From assembly GCA_951406725.2 (NCBI GenBank), contig OX597815.1, positions 157,108,001 through 157,172,000 of the forward strand: 64,000 nt of DNA. Reading direction: 5' to 3'. Positions 24,294 to 37,565 of this stretch are shown here, piece by piece; position 1 is the first letter of the stretch, and each line of letters opens with the position of its first letter. The notes beneath the pieces are model-generated. The model made no database searches. It had not been told where the DNA came from and saw nothing but the letters and a program-made list of their open reading frames with translations. The stretch comes from Octopus vulgaris. Lineage: Eukaryota. Position numbers and translations under genes: made by a program.

Positions 24294-27200
24294 CCATGTT
24301 GAACATGGCAAAAGAGATACACAAAAACATTCTAACCATCACTCAACACCATCCTATGCTATTACCCCAGTGCACCAATTCCCCACATTGCTGCCACTAA
24401 CACACACAAAAAATCCAAGCCCCCTGCAACAGTCAAAACCAGCCACTACACTAACCTCCACATTCCTACTCAATGCACAAGGTGTCAGCCCTTCCATCAA
24501 TGCACAAAAATGGAAGGTCCAATTCATTGAAGACTGGGTTGGTAACCATTCACACCACATCCCTTTCTTCATTCTCACTGAGACCCACCTTGACAACTCC
24601 CACTTGGAAGCCGAAGTGAGAGTGAAGAATTTCACAACCATCCGCGCGGATCGTATCGGCAGGAGGAAGGGTGGAACTGCCATTTTCCTGCATGATTCAT
24701 TTACGGCAGATGGAAATAGTATATTCTCCAACGGCTACTGTGAATCAGTCACCGTGCACAACAAAGCCAATGACCTGACAGTAATTGGGCTCTATAGGCC
24801 GCCCCAAACACCCATACTGTGCTTTAAAGAATGCCTCAACAGCATTAAGTGCTTTATTCAACAGTGCCATTCTAGCAACATACTCATGATGGGAGACTTC
24901 AATCTACCCTGTGTTGACTGGACTACAAACTGTTTGAAACCAAGCACTCTCGCCTCAACCGCTGACAAAGAAGCAGCAGAGTCACTTTTCGACTTTACGA
25001 ATGAGTTTTTCTTGTCCCAACTTGTCCTTGCACCAACAAGACATCAGAACATTTTGGACCTAGTGTTTAGTAACCACACTAACACTATACATAACGTTAC
25101 AGTGGAAAAAACCCTTCTTTCAGACCATGACATGGTTCTCTGTAACATGAAATTCCACCAGCCGAAAGCTAATCCTAGTGACCTTCCTCCAGCCCACCCA
25201 TTTGACAACATGGATCTCCATAATGCCAACTGGGATGCAATCAGGAACGAGCTATCACATGTTGACTGGTCCTTTACACATACACACATCTCCACCAAAC
25301 ATAAAACATCTTGGCAGATCTTTGTAGACACCGTCACAGACATATGTGCAAAACACTCCCCACCAAGACTTGTGAACAAAAAGTGCAGAATCCCCCAAAA
25401 CAGAAAAGCCATTATCAGAAAAATAAAAAGAACAAACAAAAAAATTAACAAACTAAAGTACTGCCAACAGCAACACACACATTCGACGGCTGTCGCACTG
25501 CTTGAATCCAAAAAATATAACCTCCAACAATGCATGAAGACCCTCATCAATAACCAAAGATCAGCTGAGGAGAAGTGGGCCATTGAAAAAATCAAACTCA
25601 ACCCCAAAGTGTTCTTTTCATTTGCGAGGAAACGCAGGATCACTGTCTCCACTGTAGGCCCTCTAATTGACGAAACTGGCACTCTCCAAGATAATGCCAA
25701 ATCCATGGCCGAGATACTGCAGAAACAATACTGCTCTGTTTTCAGCAATCCTGATATGGCCGATCTGGGCTGTATCAGTGATGTCAACCCCCAACACACT
25801 ATATCGGACATAACGTTTAGTGCCCCTGATGTCTTAGCGGCGATAAACGAAATAAAACACAATTCAGCAGTAGGCCCCGATAGGTTCCCTGCTTGTGTCC
25901 TGAAGGTGTGTCGACACCAACTTGCATCTCCCCTTGCTAATCTGTGGAGAAACTCACTGGATGCTGGCTATATTCCAAAAACCTTCTGTCCCAGTCTGTT
26001 GTCCCAGTTTTCAAAAAGGGAAACAAGTCCCTTGCAGTGAATTACCGTCCGATCTCACTCACCTCTCATATCATCAAGGTATTTGAGAGGGTGGTGAGAT
26101 CTCGAATAACCCAATTTCTGGAAAGCAACAGACGGCTGATCTCCAACCAACATGGGTTCCGTAATGGAAGGGACTGCCTAACGCAGCTCCTGCATCACTT
26201 TGAGGACATTTTGAGAGCTTTGGGAGAGGGCTCCAACACCGATGTCATCTACCTTGATTTCAGTAAGGCCTTCGACAGGGTCGATCACAAGATCCTATTG
26301 AAAAAACTATCCAACATTGGTGTCTCTGGAAAGTTACTGAAATGGATCAAGTGTTTCCTGACAGACAGATCTCAACATGTTGTAGTTGAAGGGGTAAAAT
26401 CAAGCCCAGCCAAAGTCAGTAGTGGCGTTCCGCAAGGCACTGTGCTGGGCCCACTTCTTTTCATCATTTACATTAATGACATTAATGACATCATCAAGCA
26501 CAGCAACATAAAAATCTTTGCAGATGACTCCAAGCTACAGAAGGTCATAAATGAGGCGAGTGACCGGACATGCCTTCAGTCAGATCTACTGGCTGTTATC
26601 CAATGGGCAGAAAAAAACAATATGCTGCTGAACGAGGATAAATTTGAGCTAATCCACTTTGGAAAAGAGGATGCCCTGAAACTCCCATACTCCCTTCCTT
26701 CAGGTGAAACTCTCGCGGCGTCCAACAACATCAGAGACCTGGGAGTAATTGTGGACAACAACATAAGCTGGGCCACTCATATAAACACCAAAGTTGACAT
26801 GGCCCGCAGAATGTGTTCCTGGATTCTCAGAACTTTCCAGTCGAGAGATATCCACACCATTATCCTTCTCTTCTCCACCTTTGCCCGACCCCACCTTGAA
26901 TACTGTTGTCCACTGTGGTCTCCCCACACAATACAAGGTATCATAAAAGTTGAAGCACCTCAAAGGGCAATCACAAAAAAGATAGATGGCATGACAGGCC
27001 TCGACTATTGGGGTCGACTAGAAAAGCTAAAACTCTATTCTCTCCAACGTCGTCGTGAGCGCTACATCATCTGCATGATGTGGAAAATATTCCATCAGCA
27101 TTGCCCAAATGATGTTGGCATCACCTTTAAGGTACATCCAAGGCTTGGGCCCCGTGCCATCCGCCCAAAACAAAAATCGCACTCTCATCTCATAACAACA

Positions 27201-27404
27201 ATACGGCACAATTATTTCACCTCAATTGGCCCCGCTCTCTTTAACATTACACCAAAACACATTAAAACAGAAACTGACCCTATAGGGTTCAAGAAGTCTT
27301 TGGACAGATTCCTTCAAGAAATCCCGGATAAACCCCCTACACCCGGATATGTCTCTGTAAACAATAACTCTCTACTTGAGTGGGCCATAGTGCCCAAATT
27401 CTGA
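24166..27404 (+). CDS. LINE ORF2: AP endonuclease plus reverse transcriptase, frameshift at ~25980
   Basis: LTETHL, YRPP, GDFN, LDL, SDH (APE); YRPISLTS, QHGFR, LDFSKAFD, SGVPQG, FADD, RDLG (RT); two ORFs joined at an A5 run. Confidence 0.93.
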
Positions 27405-27493
27405 CTTGAAAGACTTCACCAGGTGGTGCTATTAAGTTAGACATGGCCTGGGCCAATAATGGCCGAAACCTATCAAAGTATCAAAGTATCAAA

Positions 27494-27761
<268 letters not shown>

Positions 27762-28984
27762 AAATGAAGTACTAGTCAAGTACTAGCGTAAATGGTATCG
27801 AGTAGCCCCTATCCCCTAAAAACTGATGTCTTTGGCCTATTTCAGAAAGCATGACATAACTACTTTTCATTGAATGCAACCAAATCTCTTATGAATAAAT
27901 CAATCAAGAAAACTTATAATTATAAATAAAACTAGGTCAAATAACTACAGAATAAATTACAAAGATAATTTTTTAAAGAAATGCTAAAATCGTAACACTT
28001 ATTATACACAATAGCAAAACGTCGTCGCGACTCCTGTTATAAATTTTCTGCGCAAAATCTTTTCCTTTTTCTTTCTTTTTCAGTTTTTTCTATCTTTCAA
28101 AAGAATTTCACGTCTCACAATGAACTGTCCCAGATTTCCAACCCTCTTGTTGTTTGGATGCTTTGAAAAATAGTGGAAGTTTTATATACACACGAGAAAA
28201 CAAAAAGAAAACAAATCCACGCGATACTCCAGTATAATCCGTCCAGTGTAAACGTTTAAACCTGTTTTGTTGCTGTTAAGATTTCAACAAGCAATAAGTA
28301 CGCTACATGTTTACCTTAATGTACCACTTTTACACATTGTGCTGGTGGTGAGTGTCATGGCATAGATGCTAAGATTCCGGATGGATCGATTGTACAACCA
28401 AAGGTTGCTGCCTAGTTTTATAAACATCATTTACTCTATCGATATTCTTATGAGGTGTAACTATCTCATGTACTCCGACCCAACTATCTTGTTATGTCAG
28501 TAGGACAGCGTAACCCATTGATAAGCATCTTCAATCAAGTTAATTCAAAACAGCTGACACGACTACCTGAGTGCGTGGGATAAATATTGCTTTTATTTAA
28601 TTTACTAGTTTTGTATTTCTTGTTCTCGTTGTTGCTGATCGTGTTTTTCTTGTCGTCATTATTGTCGTTGATATAATTACCAATGTTGCATTTGTTGCTG
28701 TTTCGTAGTTATTGTTGTTGTTACTCTTGCTATTTTCATTAATAGTTGTCGCTGTAACTACTGTTTAACCCTTGGTCAACCCCGATCCAACAGACATGTT
28801 ATAAAAGACTTTCTTTTCTGTGACCATCCATCAGTTTTCTGTTTTTCTTTCTTCGGATATGATATATCTACGACTACATTATCAAGTCGATAAAGTGGAA
28901 TTGGAAGTTTTGGGTTGCTATATCGTGTAAGCCAAATAGAGAATATCTTGCTGAATCGTTATTGCGGTTATTGCTGTTGTTATA

Positions 28985-29376
28985 TCTTTATATATAAAAG
29001 AAAGGTTGTGTGTCTGTCTACTCCGATTTAGATTCCTAACTACTCCCACATTTTGCGGTGCAGTTTAACCAAAACCGGGTATCTTATAGTCGTGACTCAT
29101 ATCAAGCCCTTCTGGGTATTAGCGCGCGTCTACGATGAGTCTACAATTTTAAAAATAATTTACCATCCTTTTTTTCCATTTTAATGCATATTTTTTTAAT
29201 ATAAGGGAAGTAACTCTCTAAAAATGTCTACGATGGGTCAACAATTTTTTAAAAATTTTACCATAATTTTTTTCCATTTTTAATGCATTTTTTGCTATTT
29301 TTTGGCTATAACTCTCTAAAAATGCTTTATAGTTATTTCTCTTACAAACCCGAGCAACGCCGGGCGATACTGCTAG
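28985..29376 (+). mobile_element. Non-autonomous Helitron
   Basis: A|TC 5' end, subterminal hairpin CCCGAGCAACGCCGGG, CTAG|T 3' end, no TSD. Confidence 0.85.
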
Positions 29377-31599
29377 TTCTTGATAAAACGGTTGCCATGT
29401 TTTCTCCAAACACAAGCACGGTCTTCTCAGAAGAAGGAAAACAGTGAGTTGTGACATTATTTCCTTCTAAGATGATATTAGCAACGCAAGGGAATTGAAA
29501 TGTCTTTAACCGAATATTGAGACCGCAACACAGCCCTAGATGGGCTTAATATTCACTTGTTACTTTTCTGTCCTTTCCACATACGTGATGTTAATCTTTA
29601 TTTTTCTTGTAAAAACAAATTTTTAAATGTGCAAGCATGTAGGTACTCACACCCACGCACGCATGCGCGTGTGTTTGTGTGCGTGCGTTCCTATGTATTT
29701 GGGTGTTTTTTATGTAAGTGTATGTACATTTTGTGAAAAATTTTCTAGATAAATATTTTATTTTGATAAAAAAAAGAAAAGGTCCAAAAGATGTTTCGGA
29801 CTTACATTGAGATTAAATACTAAATTATGATTAACACAACTGCATCACCGAAAACGAAATCTTTAGTTTCGCTTTTGCGACATTCTAGTTATTCACTTTG
29901 AACCTTCCTTAACTACAGTGGAAGTTCATAAAAGAATTCTGCCAGAATAGGAAATACTTAATCAGTGAGCTATGTCAGCCATTTAAAACGATTAAATTTG
30001 CCTCCATCGTAGCACATTATGATTAGTTTATAGAGGCCAATTTGATGTTTTCATTGGTTATATGCATCGCTTCCCCGATAACCTTCTTCTCTGAGGACAT
30101 GACAATTTAGTTTTGTTCATAATCACAAGACGCAATCACTGCACATGCCGACTAAATAATCTTCAACCTCACCCTCTCTACCCTTGGACAACACGCTGAC
30201 AAAACGTACACGGCCATTACAATTCTAAGTCTCACAATCTTCGATACGTATAGTTTTTCTAGGTGATTTCATATTTATAACATTACAAAAGTTGCATACT
30301 AATGAGCAGCCTTCCTATCCAGGGCCATAAAATCAATTGGAAAACTCAAATAAGATACAATTTACTTACATAGACATGAGGATGACATCCAAAATAAAGA
30401 CTTTAGACTGATTAGCAAAGACTCCTCCACAAATACATTAACTCCAACGACTCTCTCTCTCTCTCTCCCTATATATATATATGCATATATATATTCTCAT
30501 TCTGCCACTACTATGGTTTGTGTTCTTCATAATTAGTTAGTTGCATACCGCCTCCATCATATCTCGACACCATATCTGTGCCTCATTCTGAAGTTTTTAC
30601 ACTGACCATTCCCAGTCCTTTCAACCCTAAATCCTAGTCCTATGGAGTCTGCTTCCTCACACCAGGGGTTAATATTGCCCATTGACTTCTTCAATCTCAA
30701 CAACCTAGAGAGCTTGAGAAGGTATTAGGTATTGTGTCTTCTTTATAAATAAAGCATTTATTTTTTAATATTCATTCAAAAAAAATGATGTGGTACTAAA
30801 GGCAGCCGATAAAGGTCCTTTAATCCACCGATAGGTCACTAGTTTGATCTTATCATCAGTATCGCGTTCTCTTTCTGACCATAAGCATTTAAATATTCAA
30901 ATTGAGTAGCAATTTCCAGTAGTTATGACCTAACACTGTCGGCAATGACTGATTTAGGACAGTACTTCTCCCTGGTCTCACTTGCTTTTTATAGGCTCAT
31001 TAACCCCTTGACTAGACGCTACACTATGACTTGAAGAATTTCCTGTGGATTAATCGAATTAAAAATGGAACTCAAGTTGTCTAATCTCCCGTCGCTTATA
31101 GTTTTTCTACTGAAGCGGGTTATACAACATCGTGTAATCTAACAAGGACTAGTGGGTGTTGTCAATTTAAGAGTTTAAACGTCTTGGTTACAATTACTGC
31201 GTAGTTGTTGCTACAAAACTCTAAGCCAAAGAAGTCCTCTACAATCCCTGATTATCATATGTACTTAATGGAATACGCTAGCACTAAATCACTTGTTTAT
31301 TGACGAGAGGTTGATTCAATAGCTGTTACCTAAAAGAAAATGACGTAGGTTATGAAAAGCAAAATATCCCTTCGAAGAATCCAAATTCCGGTCATAAATG
31401 TGCGAGACTGAAATACTGAACGATAGCTAATTCAGCCCTTGATGTCTGCGTGGTTGGTGACGATCTGAGGTAGGCTTCAATGCAGTCTCCCCATCTGTTA
31501 GCATTGCTAACAAATCCCCACCAAACCAATCTCTATCATCTGAAAAAGGGACAAGTAGATTGGAACTCTAATTTGTTGTAATATTACGTGTGAAAAGAG

Positions 31600-32500
31600 G
31601 TGTTTGCCATGACTGGAACACTAGTTGAACGATAGATGCTAACCCATGACGAAATTGCAGAATATCAGTAGTACTGTGCTTGATGGGTTGCATATTTACG
31701 GGTTGATTATCACCAACATGCCGTAAATATGTTTGTGCATTACTGATTAGGATACACATTAACAGTAGCAAGTCATGTAATAACAGATAAGATTCCAGCA
31801 AACCAAGTTCACAGACCTGTTTTGATCACCAGTTTCGAGTTAAGTCATTTCACACACTGCGTTAATTCCTTTGGGAAATTTGCAAGTGTCATTTCTTCTA
31901 CTGTACATTTATAGCCTTGTACTTAAGTCTAAAATCAATACAGTGATACAAGGCCATAAATGTATCGGAAAAGAACTGGCACATGCAATAGTTATGTTTT
32001 ATTGAAAGAAATTACTGGAGTATGTGAAGTAAATTAGCTCAAACCGGGTATCAAAACTGGTTATTATTTTTCTTGCTTCCTGTTTTGTTTTTCTTTCGTG
32101 CATAAACATGAAATCAATTGAGTGACAAGTCAACGAGTGATTTTTCTGTATCTTAAATAAAGAATATATTATATAATGTCGTCCTGCATAGTCGTTAAAA
32201 GACATCCGGCAAAGACTTTGATCATAGATCCATCCACTATATAAGTATTCACCTGTGCTAAATGATAGCAACGATCAATAAATTTGTTTTGGCTAGAGAC
32301 AAAGGTTTTACATTTTGCTGAAAGATAACAAGAGAATCGACACATTTCATGCCTTTCCCAAATATCTTAGAAATTTAAGTGAGCTGAAATTACTTCCACT
32401 AAGAATTGAAACCGTATAGCAATCTCGACTCGCTATACATTTGCCATCTACTCTTCAAATTTTGTAATAAGAAATCAATAGTCTCATTCATTGAAATGCT
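31600..32500 (-). pseudogene. Possible heavily decayed LINE RT fragment
   Basis: Faint minus-strand motifs in RT order (HLNF*DIWE ~ LDFxKAFD; DYAG ~ YADD); many stops. Confidence 0.3.
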
Positions 32501-35149
32501 AGGGATGTCCTCAACAAAATATTTTATTCTATTTATTTAATTGTATTCTTTTCTGTTTTGCATTCAAATCCTCCCAGTGCCAGTTTCGATTTGTCCATAG
32601 TTCTCATTCAACAAAATGGATATCAGTCAAGTCCTGAAACTGTTTAATTGGTTCGGGAAGGAAAATTAAGACAGCAGGATAAGTTTTACAACAGACTAAA
32701 TATTTTAAAGTAACTATTCTCTTATTCATACGATATGGTTTCGAATTTTATCTTGACTGAAAGTAACCTTACTCCATTTGCTGTCTATAGAATAACAACC
32801 AATACATATTGGTTTCAAGTTTTGGCGAAAGTTTGTGGGTGGGGAATAACCGATTATATCGACCCCAGTTAAACGGTACTTATTTTATCAACTCCGAAAT
32901 TATGAAGGGTGAAGTTGACCTTGCCGGAATTTGAACCCAGCACGTAAAGTCGGAAGAAATGCCGCTAAGCACTATCCCGGTAGGGGAACCATTCTACCAG
33001 CTGGGCGCCTTATAACCATTGAATATTCTGAAATCGATTTAATAGCCTATACTTTCTCCACGACACAATTACGATGCAAGCATGACCTTCTAAGCAATGG
33101 CTCTGATTTCAATCCCACTGCGTGGCACCTTAACAACTTTATTTCAGCTACATTCCTTGTGGGTGATAATGGATAGATGGAAACTGTGTGGAAGACGGTG
33201 TGTCGTGGTTTCTCTTCTTAGCTCATCACTAGTCTCGGAAACCATACAAAGGCCATGGACGCTGTCTTTTTTTCCTTTGATTCAGCCACCAAATGATCTT
33301 ATACTTAAAGAAGAAACTAATATATTAATCGGGCCGTTCTGTTTATTGTAGACATTACTCCAATTTAAAGATTTGAAGTGAACCTTTATCAACGCAACCT
33401 AACAAAACACTTGATAGTCATACATTATTCGCTCCACATTACTTCAATGTACTTCAATAAGATACTCCTAAACAACTAGGTTAAGGAAGCAAGGAATAAT
33501 TAAACATCTTCACAAGGAACACAGTGGAATGCCATTGATAGAAAGCGAACTGTTGACTATTTCATTCAAACAGTAACAACTAATGGTTTGGCCATCTGTT
33601 ATCATAAATGCATTTAGTAAAATTTCTGTAAGTTTCCTGTTTGGAAAAAAAAACTTGCTGTGATATGACATTATAGTAGAATGTCTCGAGTTTCACCAAG
33701 CAATATCTTCAAAAGTAATGGTAGTGGGAAGCAACAGATGATAAAATAATTAATAATTTTCATTTATTGTATTTCCTGTTTACCTCCAGGTCAGCCACGT
33801 TTCAGCAGACCTATTATCAAAAGTATTCTAACCGTAAAAATTCCGCCCTTCTTCAACACTAGGAGATGCATTGCCCAGTGTATCTTTTTATATTTAAGAT
33901 CGTAGGGTGTGGTTTGAAAGAGCTTTAGCAATATGCACATAGTTCAAGGAATTTAGAATGATGTTAGTCTGTGATATAGGTTTGATGCTCAGTCATGTTA
34001 TTTCAATTCCTTTATTCTCTGTCCTTATAAAGAACATGCATTCTTTACTAAGGAATAATATTTAGCCAAATTACAAATCAGCATAACCATTTTGCTCTGA
34101 TTTGTATTCACATATATTGGTTTCAAATTTTGGCACAAGGCTAGAAAGTTCGGACGATTGGGGGGCAAGTCGTTTACAACGACCCCTGTCTTCAACTGGT
34201 AATTGTTTTATCGACCTCGAAAGTATGAAAGGCAAAGTCAACGTTGACGAAATTTGTACTCAAAACATATAGATGGACGAAATGCCGCTAAGCACTTTGC
34301 CTGGCGTCCCAACGTTTCTGCCAGCTCGCGTCTTTGAAGACATTTATATTCATTTCAAATTTTGTGATTACATTGAACCCCAGTGTTCAACTGGTACATA
34401 TTTTATCGAACCCAAAATGATGAAAAGCAAAGTCGACTTCGACGGGATTTGAACCCAGAACGTAAACGCGGATGAAATACCACTAAGCATTTTCCTGGCG
34501 CGGTTACGATGATTGTGCCAGCTTGCCACCTTAATGTCGTCACTTATATTGAAAAGATGTTTGTAATTAACTTACAAAACGCTGAGTAGGATTTCAATCG
34601 AAAAGACTAAATTTCTAAGTCATTCCGCAGCAATTTTAGAAATTTATATGGCTATTTAAATAACGTTTATAGTACCCAGGCCACTTGGAAGCCTCTGCGA
34701 TTTCTCTTGACATGTTAGAAATAGCAATCAGATCCCATAAATCTCACTATAATGTTTTTAACAAAGAGGACATTGGATAAGTTCATCTTAGATGTTCAAT
34801 ATCGGAAAGAAAAGATGATATACTGACAGCCAGTACATTTTTATCATGGGTCTGCTCAATCAGGGCTGGCTTGAGGTTAAACAACTAAAAATGGTTTACT
34901 AATTGAATGACACTATGTTGTCTTTAGAGCCAACATATTTACTTTTAATTTACTTAATCTCTTTGTAGATTGTATTTAATATATTTAGTTGATTATGACG
35001 GTAATCGTGATGATCATTATCATAATGATAGCATTGAGGATTTTGTTTTATCTGGTATCTTTAAGTAGTTAGCCAACCAGATATCCTCTCCAAGTGGCAA
35101 AACATAGATATATCTTACTTCATTGGAGCAAACTTTGAAAATCTTGTTC

Positions 35150-35253
35150 CTAAATAAGAGAACATATGAGAGAATATATAAGAGAACAATAAGAGAGAAT
35201 ATATAAGAGAGAACATATAAGAGAGAACATATAAGAGAACAATAAGAGAACAT
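35150..35253 (+). repeat. Short tandem repeat ATAAGAGAGAAC-like
   Basis: Direct reading. Confidence 0.8.
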
Positions 35254-35412
35254 AAAAGTTCCTGGCTTTGAGTAAAAGATAATACAGGAAGATCAGTAAT
35301 TATGATTTTATTCAACATCTTCCCCTCTCAGATTCACACTTATCGCAGCGGTCCTTCAGTTTTTCCGTAAAAGAACTCGGAAGGTTGGGCCTCCTTGAAG
35401 CCAGGAACTTTT
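35254..35412 (-). mobile_element. Mariner-like remnant
   Basis: Inverted AAAAGTTCCTGGCTT / AAGCCAGGAACTTTT; minus-strand KLKDRCDKC then (frameshifted) LRGEDVE* resembles a mariner transposase C-terminus. Confidence 0.55.
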
Positions 35413-36884
35413 CACTCACTTGGCAAATTTTCATCAAGTTGCATACTCTTGTACACTTTGGACAATATAGTATCGGATAGGACATGATTCCAGTCGTATC
35501 CTAACCGAAACAAGATCTGCTCGACCAGAACTGACCTGAACTAAGGAATCAGAGTGCTTCGACTTTTTTACAGTAGTATACTGAACCTCTCCATAGTTGT
35601 TTGCAACTAGGGTAACTGTCCTATTTGATTATAAAAGGATACAGAAAACAGCCAATTATACTTCCTCTTGTATTGAACATTTCAGCGGAAAACAGTTTAA
35701 TGTTGCCGAGATTTTAGTCTTCTTTATAGCTCTTTATTACATCATCTTAGTATACGAGAAAACCGTAGCCAGTAATTAAGCATATGTTAATGTTGATGTT
35801 TCTGCTGTTATTTCAACAGGGGAGGGCTGGATGTGAGAACTACTAATATTGTAAGCTAATTTATTACGGTTAGTTCAGGACACCCTGAGAAAAACTGAGA
35901 CTGAATAACGGAACCAGAAAAGAAGCCAGAATCTTAATAACTCGTATTCGTTCTAATTTTTGTTTAAGTTCAGGTTTGATATTTTAGAAGCTTAAATTAA
36001 CTTCCCGTGTTTTATTATTTTAACCCTAGGGTTTTTAAAATTACTATTTCCAAGCTTGTAATTGAGCTGTATTCGCCCGTATTATTATGAGATGCTAAAC
36101 AAATAGTGTATAATACTACTCACTTTTGTTCAGAAACAGACCGGTATGTCCTAAATTCTACTTTCCACTCTTCTCTCAAAGCCAATATAGTTAATTAACT
36201 ATTGATTTATGTTCTTGGTCAATAAAAGTAGTGAAGCTGGGAAATTGCAGATGTTTGATGCTTGGCTCTACATTTTATCAGTAAAGGCAAAACCAGGATT
36301 CAGGACTCTCACGAAACCCCTGATGGTTTATATCGACATCAAGCCAAGAGAATTTCGTTGGCTGTCAATGTGTTTAATCGCTGCGATTAGTAGAAAAGGC
36401 TGACATCTCAGTTAGTGAATTCCGACGTAGTGTGCTCAAGTAATGGCCAGCGACCGTACTAAATATCTAAATAAAAAAAGGGGAAAATATACAATATCAG
36501 CGTTATTAAAACATATAGCAAAGGTAACGATGACAACGTTTCGAGCAAGATCTTTTATTAGTATACAAAAGATATAAATAATAAGGACTTAAACTAAATC
36601 TCCTGTTTTATTCTTCTCGCAGATATTCACTCTGTAAATAAGCCGGATGTATATAACAAAAGACAATATCAGAGGGAAAATGTTTAATATGTGACTGGAA
36701 GTTCAATATATATGAATTTATATGAAGTTCTACGTGTTGGTTAACTGTTATGCTGTCTCATTCGAAATAGCAATTTTATAATGGAAAAATTTTACAATGT
36801 ATGCATGCATACATACATACATACATACATACATACATACATTAAACAAAACATACAAATCTGCACGTCTACATACATACATGC

Positions 36885-36972
36885 GTACCAAAATACCTTG
36901 TTGGTGTTCTTGAAATTCCAGTGAAGGAGCCTTGGATCTAGGTTAGAAATCTTGAAATAAAACTGAATAATG
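36885..36972 (+). mobile_element. R4/Dong-like 3' UTR ending in (ACAT)n
   Basis: Reverse complement matches 9746-9860; ends CTGAATAATG followed by ACATACAT. Confidence 0.65.
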
Positions 36973-37322
36973 ACATACATACATACATGCATGCATGTAT
37001 ACATACATACATACATACATACATGTATGCATTCATACATGCATGCATGCATTCATACATACATGCATACATACATACATGCATACATACATACATACAT
37101 ACATACATACATACATACATACATACATACATACATACATACATACATAGAAAAAAGGGTGAGAAAATGGTATACATGTATCGCCAATGGTTCTATTTGA
37201 ATAACACTCGTGGACTTCATTTTTCACATTTTCTCTAGTGATTTCAAATTTTTTTTCTCTATCTTGATTAAAAAATCGTATTCGAAATGTCGATACCTTT
37301 TCCATACAGACTTATTTTATTC

Positions 37323-37565
37323 TGCAGCGTGGAAGGTGTTTATAAGCCATTTAAGAAACACACAAAAACCGTTAGATTCACTTCAACATTTAAATTTAAT
37401 TTGTCAAAATATTTTCGTCTCTTTGAGACCGCGACAGCACGGAATTTTGTCAGTCGCGGTCTCAAAGCGACGAAAATATTTTGACAAATTAAATTTAAAT
37501 GTTGAAGTGAATCTAACGGCTTTTGTGTGTTTCTTAAATGGCTTATAAACACATTCCACGCTGCA
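37323..37565. mobile_element. Palindromic MITE-like element (~113-bp arms)
   Basis: TGCAGCGTGGAAGGTGTTTATAAGCC...GAGACCGCGAC / GTCGCGGTCTC...GGCTTATAAACACATTCCACGCTGCA. Confidence 0.8.

Noticed and set aside
27445-27470. LINE/SINE 3' hairpin plus GAAAC resembling half a hammerhead
   Set aside because: No CUGANGA upstream; better explained as an RT recognition stem-loop
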